From NCBI GenBank assembly GCA_040220235.1, contig JAVJTO010000153.1: a stretch of 30,526 nt of DNA. One strand, 5' to 3'. Below the pieces are notes generated by a model. That model worked only from the letters and a program-made list of their open reading frames with translations. It searched no databases and was not told the DNA's origin. A program made the translations under genes and the position numbers. Each line of letters begins with the position of its first letter. Positions within the stretch are counted from its first letter, which is position 1. This document shows positions 1 through 10,026 of the stretch, one piece after another. Origin of the DNA: Coleofasciculus sp. B1-GNL1-01. GTDB taxonomy: Bacteria > Cyanobacteriota > Cyanobacteriia > Cyanobacteriales > Coleofasciculaceae.

Positions 1-702
1 ATCGGCTTTTTGAATCCATTGAAGAGTTAGAATCTTTGTTGCATCAACTTTTAAATGAAGACAAGCTAGTTATTAATTGGGGGCGGAAACTGAAAAATAA
101 GGGTAATGCTCTTATCACAGTTTAAATGCATAACAGCTTAAACCCGCCCCTACAATTGACTCGATTAAATCAGGCGCACGTTGACCAAGGGCGCACGGGG
201 CTTACCCTAGGGTTTTTTAGGGTGTGGGTTGGGATGGATTGAGTTGTGCGATCGCGTCCTTTATCCTGAATTGGGGAGATTCAACTGGCGGTATCTAGAT
301 AAAGAAAACTTTTAATATCGACGTTTACGTTTTAATATTCTAAAGCAAAGCGGGTTTAGGGCTGCCCGAAAACGTCGCGGCTAAATCATGATTTGATCAG
401 GGTTTGAGGATGTAGTATGATGTTCTTTAAATCCTGTATTGGGTTTATTCTAGTACCAATTTTTAGCCGTAAACGCTTCAACGCCTGATAATGCGTTATT
501 TTTTTTGTTCTCGTGTCGGCAAATTTTAAACACTACAAGCATGTTGCATTACCCAATTGCCTAGACTCCTTTTGCCGCCGATTTGACAAAAAAGCCGTTT
601 AATGCATCAAATGCCTGAGCAAAAAAAGACAATGGGTGGAATGGGAATGCAACTATCCACCCGTTAGAAGAGGTGCGATCGCATCAAACCGATAAAATGT
701 AA

Positions 703-793
703 TAAGTAGGTCGGTGGAAATATACCCAACACTCCACCAATTCTCTAATAAGCCCTCAAACCCTTACAAATGACAAATGACAAATGACCATCT
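703..793 (+). mobile_element. Partial MITE-like element with CAAATGA heptamer repeats
   Basis: TAAGTAGGTCGGTGGAAATA...CCTCAAACCCTTA(CAAATGA)3CCATCTC matches the reverse complement of the element at 2996-3251. The second terminal repeat is missing. Confidence 0.65.
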
Positions 794-1673
794 CCAGTTG
801 CCGCCGAAAACAGCATTACTCTTAATCAACCGTAAATCTCGTCAGGGGCAGGAGAATCTAGCCGAAGCCATTCGTCAACTGAAGCAATTGGGTTTTATTG
901 TACTAGAAGAATTAACCGAAGATCCACTCAAGCTTCCGGACATAATCCGTCACTATCACCATCAGGTAGACCTGGTAATCATTGGTGGTGGTGATGGTAC
1001 GTTGAATGCGGCGATAGAGGGATTACTGGATACTCAGTTACCCTTAGGTATTTTACCCTTGGGAACAGCGAATGATTTGGCGCGGACGTTGAATATTCCT
1101 ATTGCTTTACCCCAAGCTTGCCAAGTCATTGCTACGGGTCGATACCATAAAATAGACCTAGGTTTGGTTAATGAGCAATATTTTTTTAATGTAGCGAGTT
1201 GTGGGTTGAGTGTGGAAATTACTCAGTGCCTCACCAAAGATGCTAAACGTCGCTGGGGAATTTTGGCGTATCTCGCTACAGCATTAAAGGTGATTTGGCA
1301 AGCACGTCCGTTTCGGGCAGAAATTCGTATCAATGGAGAATCGATTCGGATCAAAACAATTCAAATTGCTATCGGGAATGGGCGACATTATGGTGGGGGA
1401 ATGACCATATTTCATGATGCCACAATTGATGATAAAAAACTGGATTTGTACAGTTTAGAAATGCGTCATTGGTGGCATATTTTATTGATACTACCTGCAT
1501 TATGGCAGGGACGCCATACGGATTTACCTGGAGTCCGGACTCTCCACGGTACGGAATTTGAAATCTATACTCGCAAATCTCGTTCTATTAATACGGATGG
1601 AGAAATTACCACCTCTACGCCAGCAACGTTTCGAGTAATTCCGCAAGTTATATCTGTTTTGGTTCCCAGATAG
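777..1673 (+). CDS. YegS/Rv2252/BmrU-family lipid kinase (diacylglycerol kinase catalytic domain)
   Basis: Motifs GGGDGT, LPLGTANDLAR, GNGRHYGGG and NTDGE. The start may be the ATG at 777 (inside a repeat) or the TTG at 798. Confidence 0.93.
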   Translation: MTNDHLQLPPKTALLLINRKSRQGQENLAEAIRQLKQLGFIVLEELTEDPLKLPDIIRHYHHQVDLVIIGGGDGTLNAAIEGLLDTQLPLGILPLGTANDLARTLNIPIALPQACQVIATGRYHKIDLGLVNEQYFFNVASCGLSVEITQCLTKDAKRRWGILAYLATALKVIWQARPFRAEIRINGESIRIKTIQIAIGNGRHYGGGMTIFHDATIDDKKLDLYSLEMRHWWHILLILPALWQGRHTDLPGVRTLHGTEFEIYTRKSRSINTDGEITTSTPATFRVIPQVISVLVPR

Positions 1674-1803
1674 AGCTTGCTGCACAACCCAAAAACCATT
1701 AGCCATCAATACTTTGAGTAGCATTGACATTGGCTCATCTTCCAGGAAAGAGAATCAAACTCATCAAAAACCTTGCACCGCTATCAGAAAAAATGTATCC
1801 CTT

Positions 1804-1884
1804 GCTTCCCCAGCTTCCCCCGCTCCCCCAGCTTCCCCAGCTCCCCCAGCTCCCCCAGCTCCCCCAGCTCCCCCAGCTCCCCCT
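1804..1884. repeat. 9-bp tandem repeat, mostly GCTYCCCCA, 9 copies
   Basis: Read directly from the sequence; lies between two convergent genes. Confidence 0.95.
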
Positions 1885-1889
1885 CACCC

Positions 1890-2990
1890 TTAAAGGACTA
1901 CTGTAAAGATTGAACCTTGGGGTTGGTTGTCTGTGACGAATATTCTCCCCTGATGCGCCTCAATGACCATTTTACAAAAGGTTAAACCCAAACCAATCTG
2001 AGACACGCCACTCATTAAATCTCCCACTTCATATTTATCAAAAATATGGTGTTTGCGTTCTTCACTGACTCCTGGACCTGAATCAATAATCTGAAGCTTG
2101 GCTTTGGTGTTGGGAAAATTGGAGGATACAGACTCATTGGGAGAATTTACGGCGACAATGACTAAACTTTCTGGGGGAGAGAACTTAATCGCGTTAGAAA
2201 TTAAATTCTCCAAAACACGATGAAATAAATTTATATCCAGACAAAGAGAAGCTGGGGTTTCGGTAAGCTTACCGATTAGTCTAATATTTTTATGTTCGGC
2301 AATGGCTTGGAATTGGAAAATTACGGCAGAAACTAATTGATTTAAATCAACATCAGTCTGATTCAAAACCATTTTACCGGATTCCATTTTCGCTAACATT
2401 AGCAAGTTATCGATCATGGAGTTAAGTTCGCGACTCGAATCAGAAATAATTTGCAATCGCTGTAAATCTTTGTCATTGCCTGTACTTTGCAACAGCAAAT
2501 CGCTACAGAGTAAAATATTAGTCAGCGGATTTCTTAAATCATGGACAATCATATTCGATAAATCTTCCCGCATACGCAACGTCGCTTCTAGGGCATCATA
2601 TTGCTGCTTAATCCGTAACATCGATCGCACCCTTGCCCGCAGTTCAATTCCACTGACGGGTTTGGTGATAAAATCATCAGCACCTGCATTAAGCGATCGC
2701 GCCAAGTCTTCTTTGGAGTTGAGTGCCGTTACAATAATCACGGGAACATGTTTCCAGTGGGAATCGGATTTGATTGTGCGACATACCTCAATCCCATTTA
2801 ACTTCGGCATCATCACATCCAGTAAGATGACATCCGGTTCGATGGAGTCGAGCAGGTTTAACGCTTCTTCACCACTGCTGGCATAAAATAAGTCATACCC
2901 TTCTCGATAGAGATGGGCTTCAATCACATCAAAGGCATTCGGATCATCATCCACGATTAAGATAGATGTATTCTGATTTAGGTTAACCAT
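1890..2990 (-). CDS. Hybrid response regulator / histidine kinase (REC-HisKA-HATPase)
   Basis: ILIVDDD, DVILLDVMMP and DFITKP receiver motifs; VHDLRNPL H-box; NLISNAIKFS N-box; DSGPG and GLGL. Start moved to the ATG at 2990 because the ATG at 3038 lies inside a MITE. Confidence 0.92.
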   Translation of the reverse strand: MVNLNQNTSILIVDDDPNAFDVIEAHLYREGYDLFYASSGEEALNLLDSIEPDVILLDVMMPKLNGIEVCRTIKSDSHWKHVPVIIVTALNSKEDLARSLNAGADDFITKPVSGIELRARVRSMLRIKQQYDALEATLRMREDLSNMIVHDLRNPLTNILLCSDLLLQSTGNDKDLQRLQIISDSSRELNSMIDNLLMLAKMESGKMVLNQTDVDLNQLVSAVIFQFQAIAEHKNIRLIGKLTETPASLCLDINLFHRVLENLISNAIKFSPPESLVIVAVNSPNESVSSNFPNTKAKLQIIDSGPGVSEERKHHIFDKYEVGDLMSGVSQIGLGLTFCKMVIEAHQGRIFVTDNQPQGSIFTVVL

Positions 2991-2995
2991 AGATT

Positions 2996-3251
2996 TAAGT
3001 AGGTAGGGACAATAAAAGTTAACGGTTGAGATCGTCATTTGTCATTTGTCATTTGTCATTTGTAAGAGTTTGAGGTTTATTGATATATAGCGCTACGCGC
3101 TGGGCAATGGGCAATGGGCAATAGGCAATAGTGAAGGAAAACGCTTACCTGATAAGGGATTGAGCGATTTGATGTTTTCTTGATATGTCCTAACTAGAGT
3201 GCGTAGTGCTATAACTTAATAGAGTTGAGTTTATTTCCACCAACCTACTTA
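2996..3251. mobile_element. MITE (TAAGTAGGT...ACCTACTTA imperfect terminal inverted repeats) containing a nested MITE
   Basis: Left end TAAGTAGGTAGGGACAATAAAAG versus reverse-complemented right end TAAGTAGGTTGGTGGAAATAAAC; internal (TCATTTG)n. Confidence 0.7.
3086..3213. mobile_element. Nested 128-bp MITE with TATAGCGCTACGCGC / GTGCGTAGTGCTATA terminal repeats
   Basis: Terminal inverted repeats match at 13 of 15 positions, with TA ends and internal GGCAAT(G/A) heptamers. Absent from the sister copy at 703-793. Confidence 0.75.
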
Positions 3252-3452
3252 GATAGTTGAACTTCAGCTAATTCGTTGTTTTAGTCTTGTAAAAAATACG
3301 GCGACTGGAGTGGACATAATTTGACCATGTTCGTTCAGTATCTCAGAAACAGACAATAACTGTCAGTGATGTCTGACCGACAAAGACGTGATATCAGGTT
3401 TGTCTAATATCAAGTTGCATTCAAGGATATAACTTTCTCTCTCCCTGCTTCC

Positions 3453-3477
3453 AGACGCGCCATGGCGCGTCTCTACA
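3453..3477. repeat. REP-like palindrome AGACGCGCCATGGCGCGTCT-CTACA
   Basis: Perfect 20-bp palindrome with a CTAC tail (GTAG on the minus strand). Relatives at 21141-21165, 27542-27571 and 29442-29466. Confidence 0.85.
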
Positions 3478-3486
3478 TTGCTTCCC

Positions 3487-3599
3487 CTAGTGCAGCGCGG
3501 CAGAAATAACTAACCAGTTAACAAGCTCCTTAAAAGCAGCTACAATGAACCTTATAGCCTTCTGCCACCTGCCTTCGGACTTCTGCCTTCTTGTACTAG
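3487..3599. mobile_element. 113-bp MITE with CTAG termini
   Basis: CTAGTGCAGCGCGGCAGAA / TTCTGCCTTCTTGTACTAG inverted repeats match at 14 of 19 positions; internal TTCTGCC-type heptamers. Confidence 0.65.
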
Positions 3600-3605
3600 C
3601 CAATG

Positions 3606-6600
3606 TTACCGATGCAGATACTGTTCAATGAGCGTCACCAACTTTTTCAAGCGAATCGGCTTCGCCATATACTCCGTTGCCCCTGCTGCCAAGCATTTTT
3701 CCCGATCGCCCGGCATTGCTAACGCCGTCACCGCAATAATCGGCATCCGGGGTAAATCACTGTCCGCCCGAATCTGGCGGGTTGATTCTAATCCATCCAT
3801 TTCTGGCATTTGAATATCCATTAAAATTACATCCGGTGTATACTGCTTGGCTTGTTGCACCGCTTCAATCCCATTCCTAGCTAAAACCACCCGAAACCCT
3901 TTACTGTGCAAATAATCCGTCAAGGTGATAATATTTGCCTCATTATCTTCTGCCAATAAAATTAACGGTAACGCTTCCTCAACCCCAGGCGGATGCGTCT
4001 CCGGCGGTGTGGTAAACAACTGACTCAATACTGACTGTAACTGGGGACGAGAAACGGGTTTAAGTAAATAGTCAGACGCCCCTAATTCTAAAGCCTGAGT
4101 CGGATCATCGACAACAGAAACCACAACAACGGGAATGGATTGAGTGGCTGAATTTTCCTTTAACTGAACCAACACCTCCCAACCGGAAATATGCGGCAGT
4201 AAAATATCTAAGATAATTACATCCGGGTTAAATGTCTGCACTGCATCAATAGTGCCTTCCCCTTGGGGATGAATCAAAACAGTGATACCTAATTCTCCCA
4301 GATACCGGGCAATATGATTAGCTGAAGCATCGGAATCTTCCACCACTAAAGCTTTGTGAATCAGCGGCAATTCTCCAACCATCAGTTTAGGTTGTTTCAA
4401 TCTTTCCCCGATACGACTCGGATGTTTCCAGGGAAGGTTTACCGTAAAGCAACTGCCTTTGCCCACCTCACTGTCTAAGGTAATACTCCCCCCTTGTAAT
4501 TCCACAATTCGCCGCACTAGGGCTAACCCTAACCCAGTCCCCGCATAGCGACGAGAGAGACTGCTATCTAATTGGACAAAGGGTTTAAACAGGTTATCCA
4601 GGTTTTCTGGGGCAATACCAATCCCCGTATCGGTAACACTCAACTGCAACTGTTCACCATCAGGATCAGTTGTTACTTGCAACGATACCTTACCCCCATC
4701 AGGCGTAAATTTTACCGCATTACTTAATAAATTGACTAACACTTGGCGGATGCGCCGTTCATCCACTTCAATCTCGCTTAAGCCTGGTGCAATGTGGTAA
4801 TCGAGTCGAATATTTTTTTGCTGCGCCTGCTGTTTAATAAAGGTCAAACTCGATTCACACAGACTGTTTACAGAGACAAGGGAAACCGATAACGACATCT
4901 TCCCTGACTCAATTTTAGACAGATCCAGAATATCATTAATTAAGTCTAACAAATGCTTACCACTTTGTTCGATTGTCGCCAATGATTTGCGCTGTTTGGG
5001 GGTTAATGAACCATACACCTCTTCCTGGAGTGCCTCCGCTAACCCCAAAATCGCATTTAAAGGCGTGCGTAACTCATGACTCATACTTGCCAGAAACTCA
5101 TCTTTTAACCGAGTCGCCCTGGCTAATTCCGCATTCGCGAGACTAATCCGTTCATTACTTTCGCGTAACTGTTTTTCGGCTTGCTTGCGTTCGGTGATAT
5201 CATAAACTAAAGCACAAGACCATAATAAGTTTCCCTGGTCATCGAGGACGGGACTGGTGGACATATATGCCCAGATCGTATTACCGGATTTTGTACGTAA
5301 TTCAACCTCTTGGCGATGCACCTGACTTTGATTCAGAGGGATATTCGCAGCGGGAGTGAAACGATTATCTCCAGGGGTGAGAAAATCCGCGATCGCATGT
5401 CCTAATATTTCCACCTCGGTATACCCCAACATCCGTGCCATTGCCTGATTAATGTAGGTGGTATTCCCTTGGGCATCTGTGACCCAAATTCCTTCTTCGG
5501 CGAGTTCCACAATTTGGGCATAGCGCGTCTCGGTTTCCCGAATCTGAGATTCTAACTTCTGGTTGAGGCGTTTAATCTCATGTTCCGCCTGCTGACGTTC
5601 GGTAATATCGGTGAGAAAGGCAATCACAAAGGTGCCATTCTTAGTTTGAATCGTACTCAGTCCCACTTCAATGGGAAATTCAGTTCCATCCTGACGTTTG
5701 GCATATAATTCCTGGGATTTCCCCATAGAACGTTTACTGGGATGGGTGAGATAATCCGCCCGATGATCAGTATGGATGGAATGATAGCGTTGCGGCATTA
5801 AGTATTCAATGTTGCGCCCAAATACCTGGGTGCGATTATAGCCAAATAAGTCTTCAGCTTTGGCATTAAAGACAATAATTTCTCCCTGGGCGTTAGTGAC
5901 AATAATCGCTTCTGATGCCGATTCCAGGAATGCCCGAAACTTCGCCTCACTATCCCGCAAATCCGCTTCTGTCGCTTTGCGATCGCTAATATCTTCGACG
6001 ACAGCCAGGGCATAGTTGGGTTTGTGTTCTGAATCACACACCCGCGAGATGGAAATATAGACCCATCGGTATTGTCCATCCTTACGGATATACCGTTTTT
6101 CCGTAGCATAGGTGGAGGTTTTTCCCGACATTAACTGCTGTAAATACTCAATATTTTGTTCCCGATCATCCGGGTGAGTAATATCTTGTACCCGCCGCCC
6201 CACTAATTCAGATTCAGGATACCCGATAATCTCACAGTAACGTTGATTCACCCGCAAAAGTTCGCCAGAAGAGGGGGTGACAAGGGCAATCCCCACCGAG
6301 GCTTGTTCAAAGATAGCCCGGAAGCGTTCTTCACTATCATGTAATGCCCGTTCTGCTTGTTTGCGTTCGGTAATATCATGAATAATCGAAACCAGAAAAG
6401 TACGGTCTTGAATCTCAATCGGACTGGAATACACTTCCACCTCTCGAATCTCTCCCGACGCCAGACGGTGAGGAAAGATAAAATAGGATCGTTCCTCTAA
6501 TTTTGCCCGTCTCATCTCCGCCTGAACTTGAGAGGGGGGCAGACAATTGAAATCCGTAATCGTTTTGGTCACTAACTGCGATCGCGAATAGCCATAAAAC

Positions 6601-9071
6601 TTAACCGCTGCCCAATTCGCATCCGCAATCGCCCCCGTTTCCGGATCAATTAACAGTTTAATCGCCTTACTCCGCTCAAACATGGCACGAAATCGGGCTT
6701 CACTGTCTCGCAGTGCCGCTTCTGCCGCTTTGCGATCGCTAATATCGGTGTGGGAACCCACCATCCGCACCACTTTACCCTGGTTATCCCACAGGGCTTG
6801 TCCACGATCCAAAATCCATTTATAGGTGCCATCTTTACACAGGAGGCGATGCTCACTACTATAATAGGGAGTCTTCTGGTCAAAATGGTCTTGAATCAGC
6901 CCCATCACCCACTCTAGGTCATCGGGATGGACTCGTTTCGACCATTCATCTAGATGATTGGGAATTTCATCGTCCTCATAGCCCAACATCTCTTTCCAAC
7001 GGGGCGAAAAGAAAACGTCATTAGTTTTCACATTCCAATCCCAGATCCCATCATTATTCCCCCGCAGGGCTAAATGCCAGCGTTCCTCACTCACCCGCAA
7101 GGCATCCTCGGCTTGTTTGCGATCGGTAATATCAGAGGCAATCCCATCCAGTCGCAGCGGATAACCCTCCTGATCATACGTCACCCGTCCCCGATCATAA
7201 AGCCAGCGAATCTCTCCATCCGGTCGCTGAATCCGATATTCTAGACTATATGTACCTTGTGCCAGTAACTGTTGATGAAAGGTACTAACCTGGGCATAAT
7301 CATCCGGATGAACCACCCCTAGCCGCAGGTGAGGATGATCAAAAAAGTCTTGTACGAAACGCCCATAGACCATTTCCGTGGCTGGATTGAGGTAAAGTAC
7401 CTCCTCTGTCGTCGCGGAAATTGACCAGACGACATCATCCAAGGCATTGAGAATACTATCTAAACGCTGTTTATTTTGGCGCAATGCCACTTGTGTCCGC
7501 AATGCAGAGATGCCGTAAGCCAAGTCATTTGCCAATTCTGTCAGTAATCTCACTTCAGCTGGATCAAAGGCGTCAGGTTCAGTGGCATAGATATTTAATG
7601 CTCCCAGACAGGTTCCTTCTACCATTAAGGGTAAGGCAATGGATGCCGCATACCCCTGTTGACTCGCCGCATCTCGCCACAGCCGATAACTCGGATCAGT
7701 GAGAATATTTTGGATAATTCTGGGTTCTTGGGTGCGAATCGCGGTTCCAGTCGGTCCTGTACCGCGTTGATTATCCCCCCAACTAATCTGTAAGGCTTCA
7801 ACGTAACCCTTCTCATACCCCGCTTGGGCAACCGGACGCACAGTTTTCGCCTGATCCCGTTGGGCAAACCCAATCCAGGCACAACGATAGCCACCGAAGT
7901 CTACTATAATTTGGCAGATATTATGCAGTAGGGTGGGTTCATCGGTAGCCAAGACTAAAGCCTGGTTGCATTCACTCAGGGTTCGCAGGGCGCGATTGGC
8001 GTGATAGAGTGCCTGTTCTGACTGTTTAAGTTCTGTGATATCCTGTGTGACAACCATACCAGCGATGATTTCACCCGTCTGGTTTCTCAGAGGTAGGGCA
8101 TGGATAATAAAAATGCGATCGCCAAAGGGCATTTCCTGGGTAACGGTTTCACCCGCTAAAACTTGGCGATAGAGGGGTTCTAGCTGGGTACAGGTTTGGG
8201 GAGGTAAGCATTCCTGTATGGTGTTCCCTTCTAATTGGGTTTTGGATAAACTGACACTCGCTAAACCCCTCCCATCTGCCAGTAAATAGCGTAATTCATG
8301 ATTAAATAGAAGCACGGCTCCATTGGGGAAATTTTCCACCACGGCTCGATACCGAGCTTCACTCTCCCGCCAACAGCGATCGCGTTCCTGTAAATGTTGC
8401 TCTAAACGGTGTGACAGGTAAGCGGCGAGAAGGGAACCACCGATACCGATAATCGCTGAAAGTGCCAAGATTGACCCGGTAAACTGGCGCTGTTGGTCTA
8501 AGGTTTGGTTGAGTTGCGTCTCTTGTTGTTGTTCAGCCATCAGAAACTGCTGAATTTCATCGTTAGCTTGATCCATGACTTGCTTCCCCTCTACCAGTTG
8601 ATCCGTGAATTCTGGGGATTCCGTGGCGGTTTCCGGTTTGGCATCCACTAATCTGAGATTGCGTTGTAGTAAGCTGACTCTAGCAGTAGCCAATTCCCGA
8701 ATCCGTTGCAGGCGATGGGCTTGGGCGTGTTCTTGGGCAATAAGTTGACGCAATTGATCCAGAGTTACCGGAATTTGGGCGATCGCGGATTCATAGCGAT
8801 CCAGAAAGTCTTGACGGCGGGTAATTTCATACCCTCGGACAGCGGTTTCAGCTTCCAGGAGATTGACGTGTAAGCGTTTAGTTTCCAGACGCACCCGTTG
8901 GGTATGTTGCAACCGAGTTTCGGCTTGGGCGGTTTGGAATTGCAACCAGCCAAACGTGGCGAGTGAGGTGACTAGACAGGTGACAGGAATTGCCAGGATC
9001 AACTGGCGTTTTTGTTGACGGGAAATCTTGATCCGGCGAGATAGTCGAGGTTGGGCGAGGTTGCGATCCAT
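3606..9071 (-). CDS. Membrane multi-sensor hybrid histidine kinase: TM-CHASE3-TM-PAS-GAF-6xPAS-HisKA-HATPase-REC-REC
   Basis: CHASE3-like LLEAETAVRGY between two hydrophobic segments; repeated PAC ends DITERK/DISDRK; a GAF domain; MSHELRTPL, NLLSNAVKFT and GTGLGL; two receivers with intact phospho-Asp and KP motifs. Confidence 0.95.
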   Translation of the reverse strand: MDRNLAQPRLSRRIKISRQQKRQLILAIPVTCLVTSLATFGWLQFQTAQAETRLQHTQRVRLETKRLHVNLLEAETAVRGYEITRRQDFLDRYESAIAQIPVTLDQLRQLIAQEHAQAHRLQRIRELATARVSLLQRNLRLVDAKPETATESPEFTDQLVEGKQVMDQANDEIQQFLMAEQQQETQLNQTLDQQRQFTGSILALSAIIGIGGSLLAAYLSHRLEQHLQERDRCWRESEARYRAVVENFPNGAVLLFNHELRYLLADGRGLASVSLSKTQLEGNTIQECLPPQTCTQLEPLYRQVLAGETVTQEMPFGDRIFIIHALPLRNQTGEIIAGMVVTQDITELKQSEQALYHANRALRTLSECNQALVLATDEPTLLHNICQIIVDFGGYRCAWIGFAQRDQAKTVRPVAQAGYEKGYVEALQISWGDNQRGTGPTGTAIRTQEPRIIQNILTDPSYRLWRDAASQQGYAASIALPLMVEGTCLGALNIYATEPDAFDPAEVRLLTELANDLAYGISALRTQVALRQNKQRLDSILNALDDVVWSISATTEEVLYLNPATEMVYGRFVQDFFDHPHLRLGVVHPDDYAQVSTFHQQLLAQGTYSLEYRIQRPDGEIRWLYDRGRVTYDQEGYPLRLDGIASDITDRKQAEDALRVSEERWHLALRGNNDGIWDWNVKTNDVFFSPRWKEMLGYEDDEIPNHLDEWSKRVHPDDLEWVMGLIQDHFDQKTPYYSSEHRLLCKDGTYKWILDRGQALWDNQGKVVRMVGSHTDISDRKAAEAALRDSEARFRAMFERSKAIKLLIDPETGAIADANWAAVKFYGYSRSQLVTKTITDFNCLPPSQVQAEMRRAKLEERSYFIFPHRLASGEIREVEVYSSPIEIQDRTFLVSIIHDITERKQAERALHDSEERFRAIFEQASVGIALVTPSSGELLRVNQRYCEIIGYPESELVGRRVQDITHPDDREQNIEYLQQLMSGKTSTYATEKRYIRKDGQYRWVYISISRVCDSEHKPNYALAVVEDISDRKATEADLRDSEAKFRAFLESASEAIIVTNAQGEIIVFNAKAEDLFGYNRTQVFGRNIEYLMPQRYHSIHTDHRADYLTHPSKRSMGKSQELYAKRQDGTEFPIEVGLSTIQTKNGTFVIAFLTDITERQQAEHEIKRLNQKLESQIRETETRYAQIVELAEEGIWVTDAQGNTTYINQAMARMLGYTEVEILGHAIADFLTPGDNRFTPAANIPLNQSQVHRQEVELRTKSGNTIWAYMSTSPVLDDQGNLLWSCALVYDITERKQAEKQLRESNERISLANAELARATRLKDEFLASMSHELRTPLNAILGLAEALQEEVYGSLTPKQRKSLATIEQSGKHLLDLINDILDLSKIESGKMSLSVSLVSVNSLCESSLTFIKQQAQQKNIRLDYHIAPGLSEIEVDERRIRQVLVNLLSNAVKFTPDGGKVSLQVTTDPDGEQLQLSVTDTGIGIAPENLDNLFKPFVQLDSSLSRRYAGTGLGLALVRRIVELQGGSITLDSEVGKGSCFTVNLPWKHPSRIGERLKQPKLMVGELPLIHKALVVEDSDASANHIARYLGELGITVLIHPQGEGTIDAVQTFNPDVIILDILLPHISGWEVLVQLKENSATQSIPVVVVSVVDDPTQALELGASDYLLKPVSRPQLQSVLSQLFTTPPETHPPGVEEALPLILLAEDNEANIITLTDYLHSKGFRVVLARNGIEAVQQAKQYTPDVILMDIQMPEMDGLESTRQIRADSDLPRMPIIAVTALAMPGDREKCLAAGATEYMAKPIRLKKLVTLIEQYLHR

Positions 9072-9195
9072 GCTAGGTGCTGCATCCGAAAGCTGATTCC
9101 ACTCCTATCTAGCATAGAAGTTTTGTCAGATGTCTGTGCTACCCCAGAATCTGAATCCATCAAATTAGGTGTGTTACGCCACCACCGCTACTAAC

Positions 9196-10026
9196 CTAAA
9201 AATCAGTTTCCTCAATCAACTGGCGTAGAATTGTCCATTCTGGCAACCACTCCCATACATTGTCTAATCTCTCAATTCGGCTGACAATCTTTTCTACAAA
9301 AACGTCCTCTGGTGATAAATCAGAGGAAACAGCAGGTTCAAATCGCCACTCTCGTAATTTAGCTCTCATTGCGTATAGCAAATCTTTTCCAGCAAAACAG
9401 TATAAATAGTCATTAAATCGCGCTCCATTAGGGCGAAACTGAGGCAGTAACGTCTTGAATTTAGTTTGAACATCTCCCTCGGAAATAAGGCGCTCTCCCT
9501 TATAGCCTCGGACAATTTCACCAATTTTTGTCAAACAGACATTTTTTCCTATCTGCTTGGGAAAGCAATATCCTTTTCTAACTTCTTCACCCCAAAAATT
9601 CTTAAAGCCTTCGCAAGCCAAGGCTGTTCGTGCTGCTGAATAGGCAGAAATAGTTTCTGCTGCTTCGTCTAAAGCATTCTGATATTCATCGCGTGAAGGT
9701 GCTTTTTTGCCTAAAGATCTTTGTACAACCGCTGGGTCAATTAAATAGTTTTCAATCTCTTTTCTTGCCCATGACCAGCCAACCCACACCTGCTCATGCT
9801 AACATTGCACAGGTGCATCAAATTTTTGCCAATCTCGACAATCAAAATCGCGGTCAACCAGGCAAGCTAAATTAGGGTTTCTGCGCCGATCTGCAATAAT
9901 ACTGCTGAAAAAACTTGATGTTTTTCCTCCCAGAGGGCGAATATCACTTATGGGTAGCAGTTGACGAATGACGCGAATATCAATACTTTTAGCATTCCCC
10001 TCACAGTAGAGAACGGTTACAGACAC
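9196..10026 (-). pseudogene. TOPRIM/DUF4435-like (AriB/OLD-type) nuclease gene interrupted by one in-frame TAG at 9799-9801
   Basis: ORFs 9799-10026 and 9196-9789 are in the same frame (GTG CAA TGT TAG CAT GAG CAG GTG TGG). The motifs LYCEG, LGGK, LVDRDFD and EIENYL are split across the stop. The GTG start has a GGAGG Shine-Dalgarno and overlaps the ATPase stop. Confidence 0.8.

Noticed and set aside
200..700. Long AT-rich intergenic stretch as a hidden gene or ncRNA
   Set aside because: No ORF in the track, and no convincing terminator or RNA motif that I can recognise.
1724..1906. 60-aa ORF with PQL repeats
   Set aside because: Translation of the 9-bp tandem repeat; TTG start; overlaps the end of a real gene.
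2991..3038. N-terminal extension of the REC-HK
   Set aside because: Lies almost entirely within a MITE; the receiver domain begins right after the ATG at 2990.
9196..9789. Independent 197-aa gene
   Set aside because: It is in frame with the upstream 75-aa ORF and the catalytic motifs are split between them, so it is treated as one interrupted gene.
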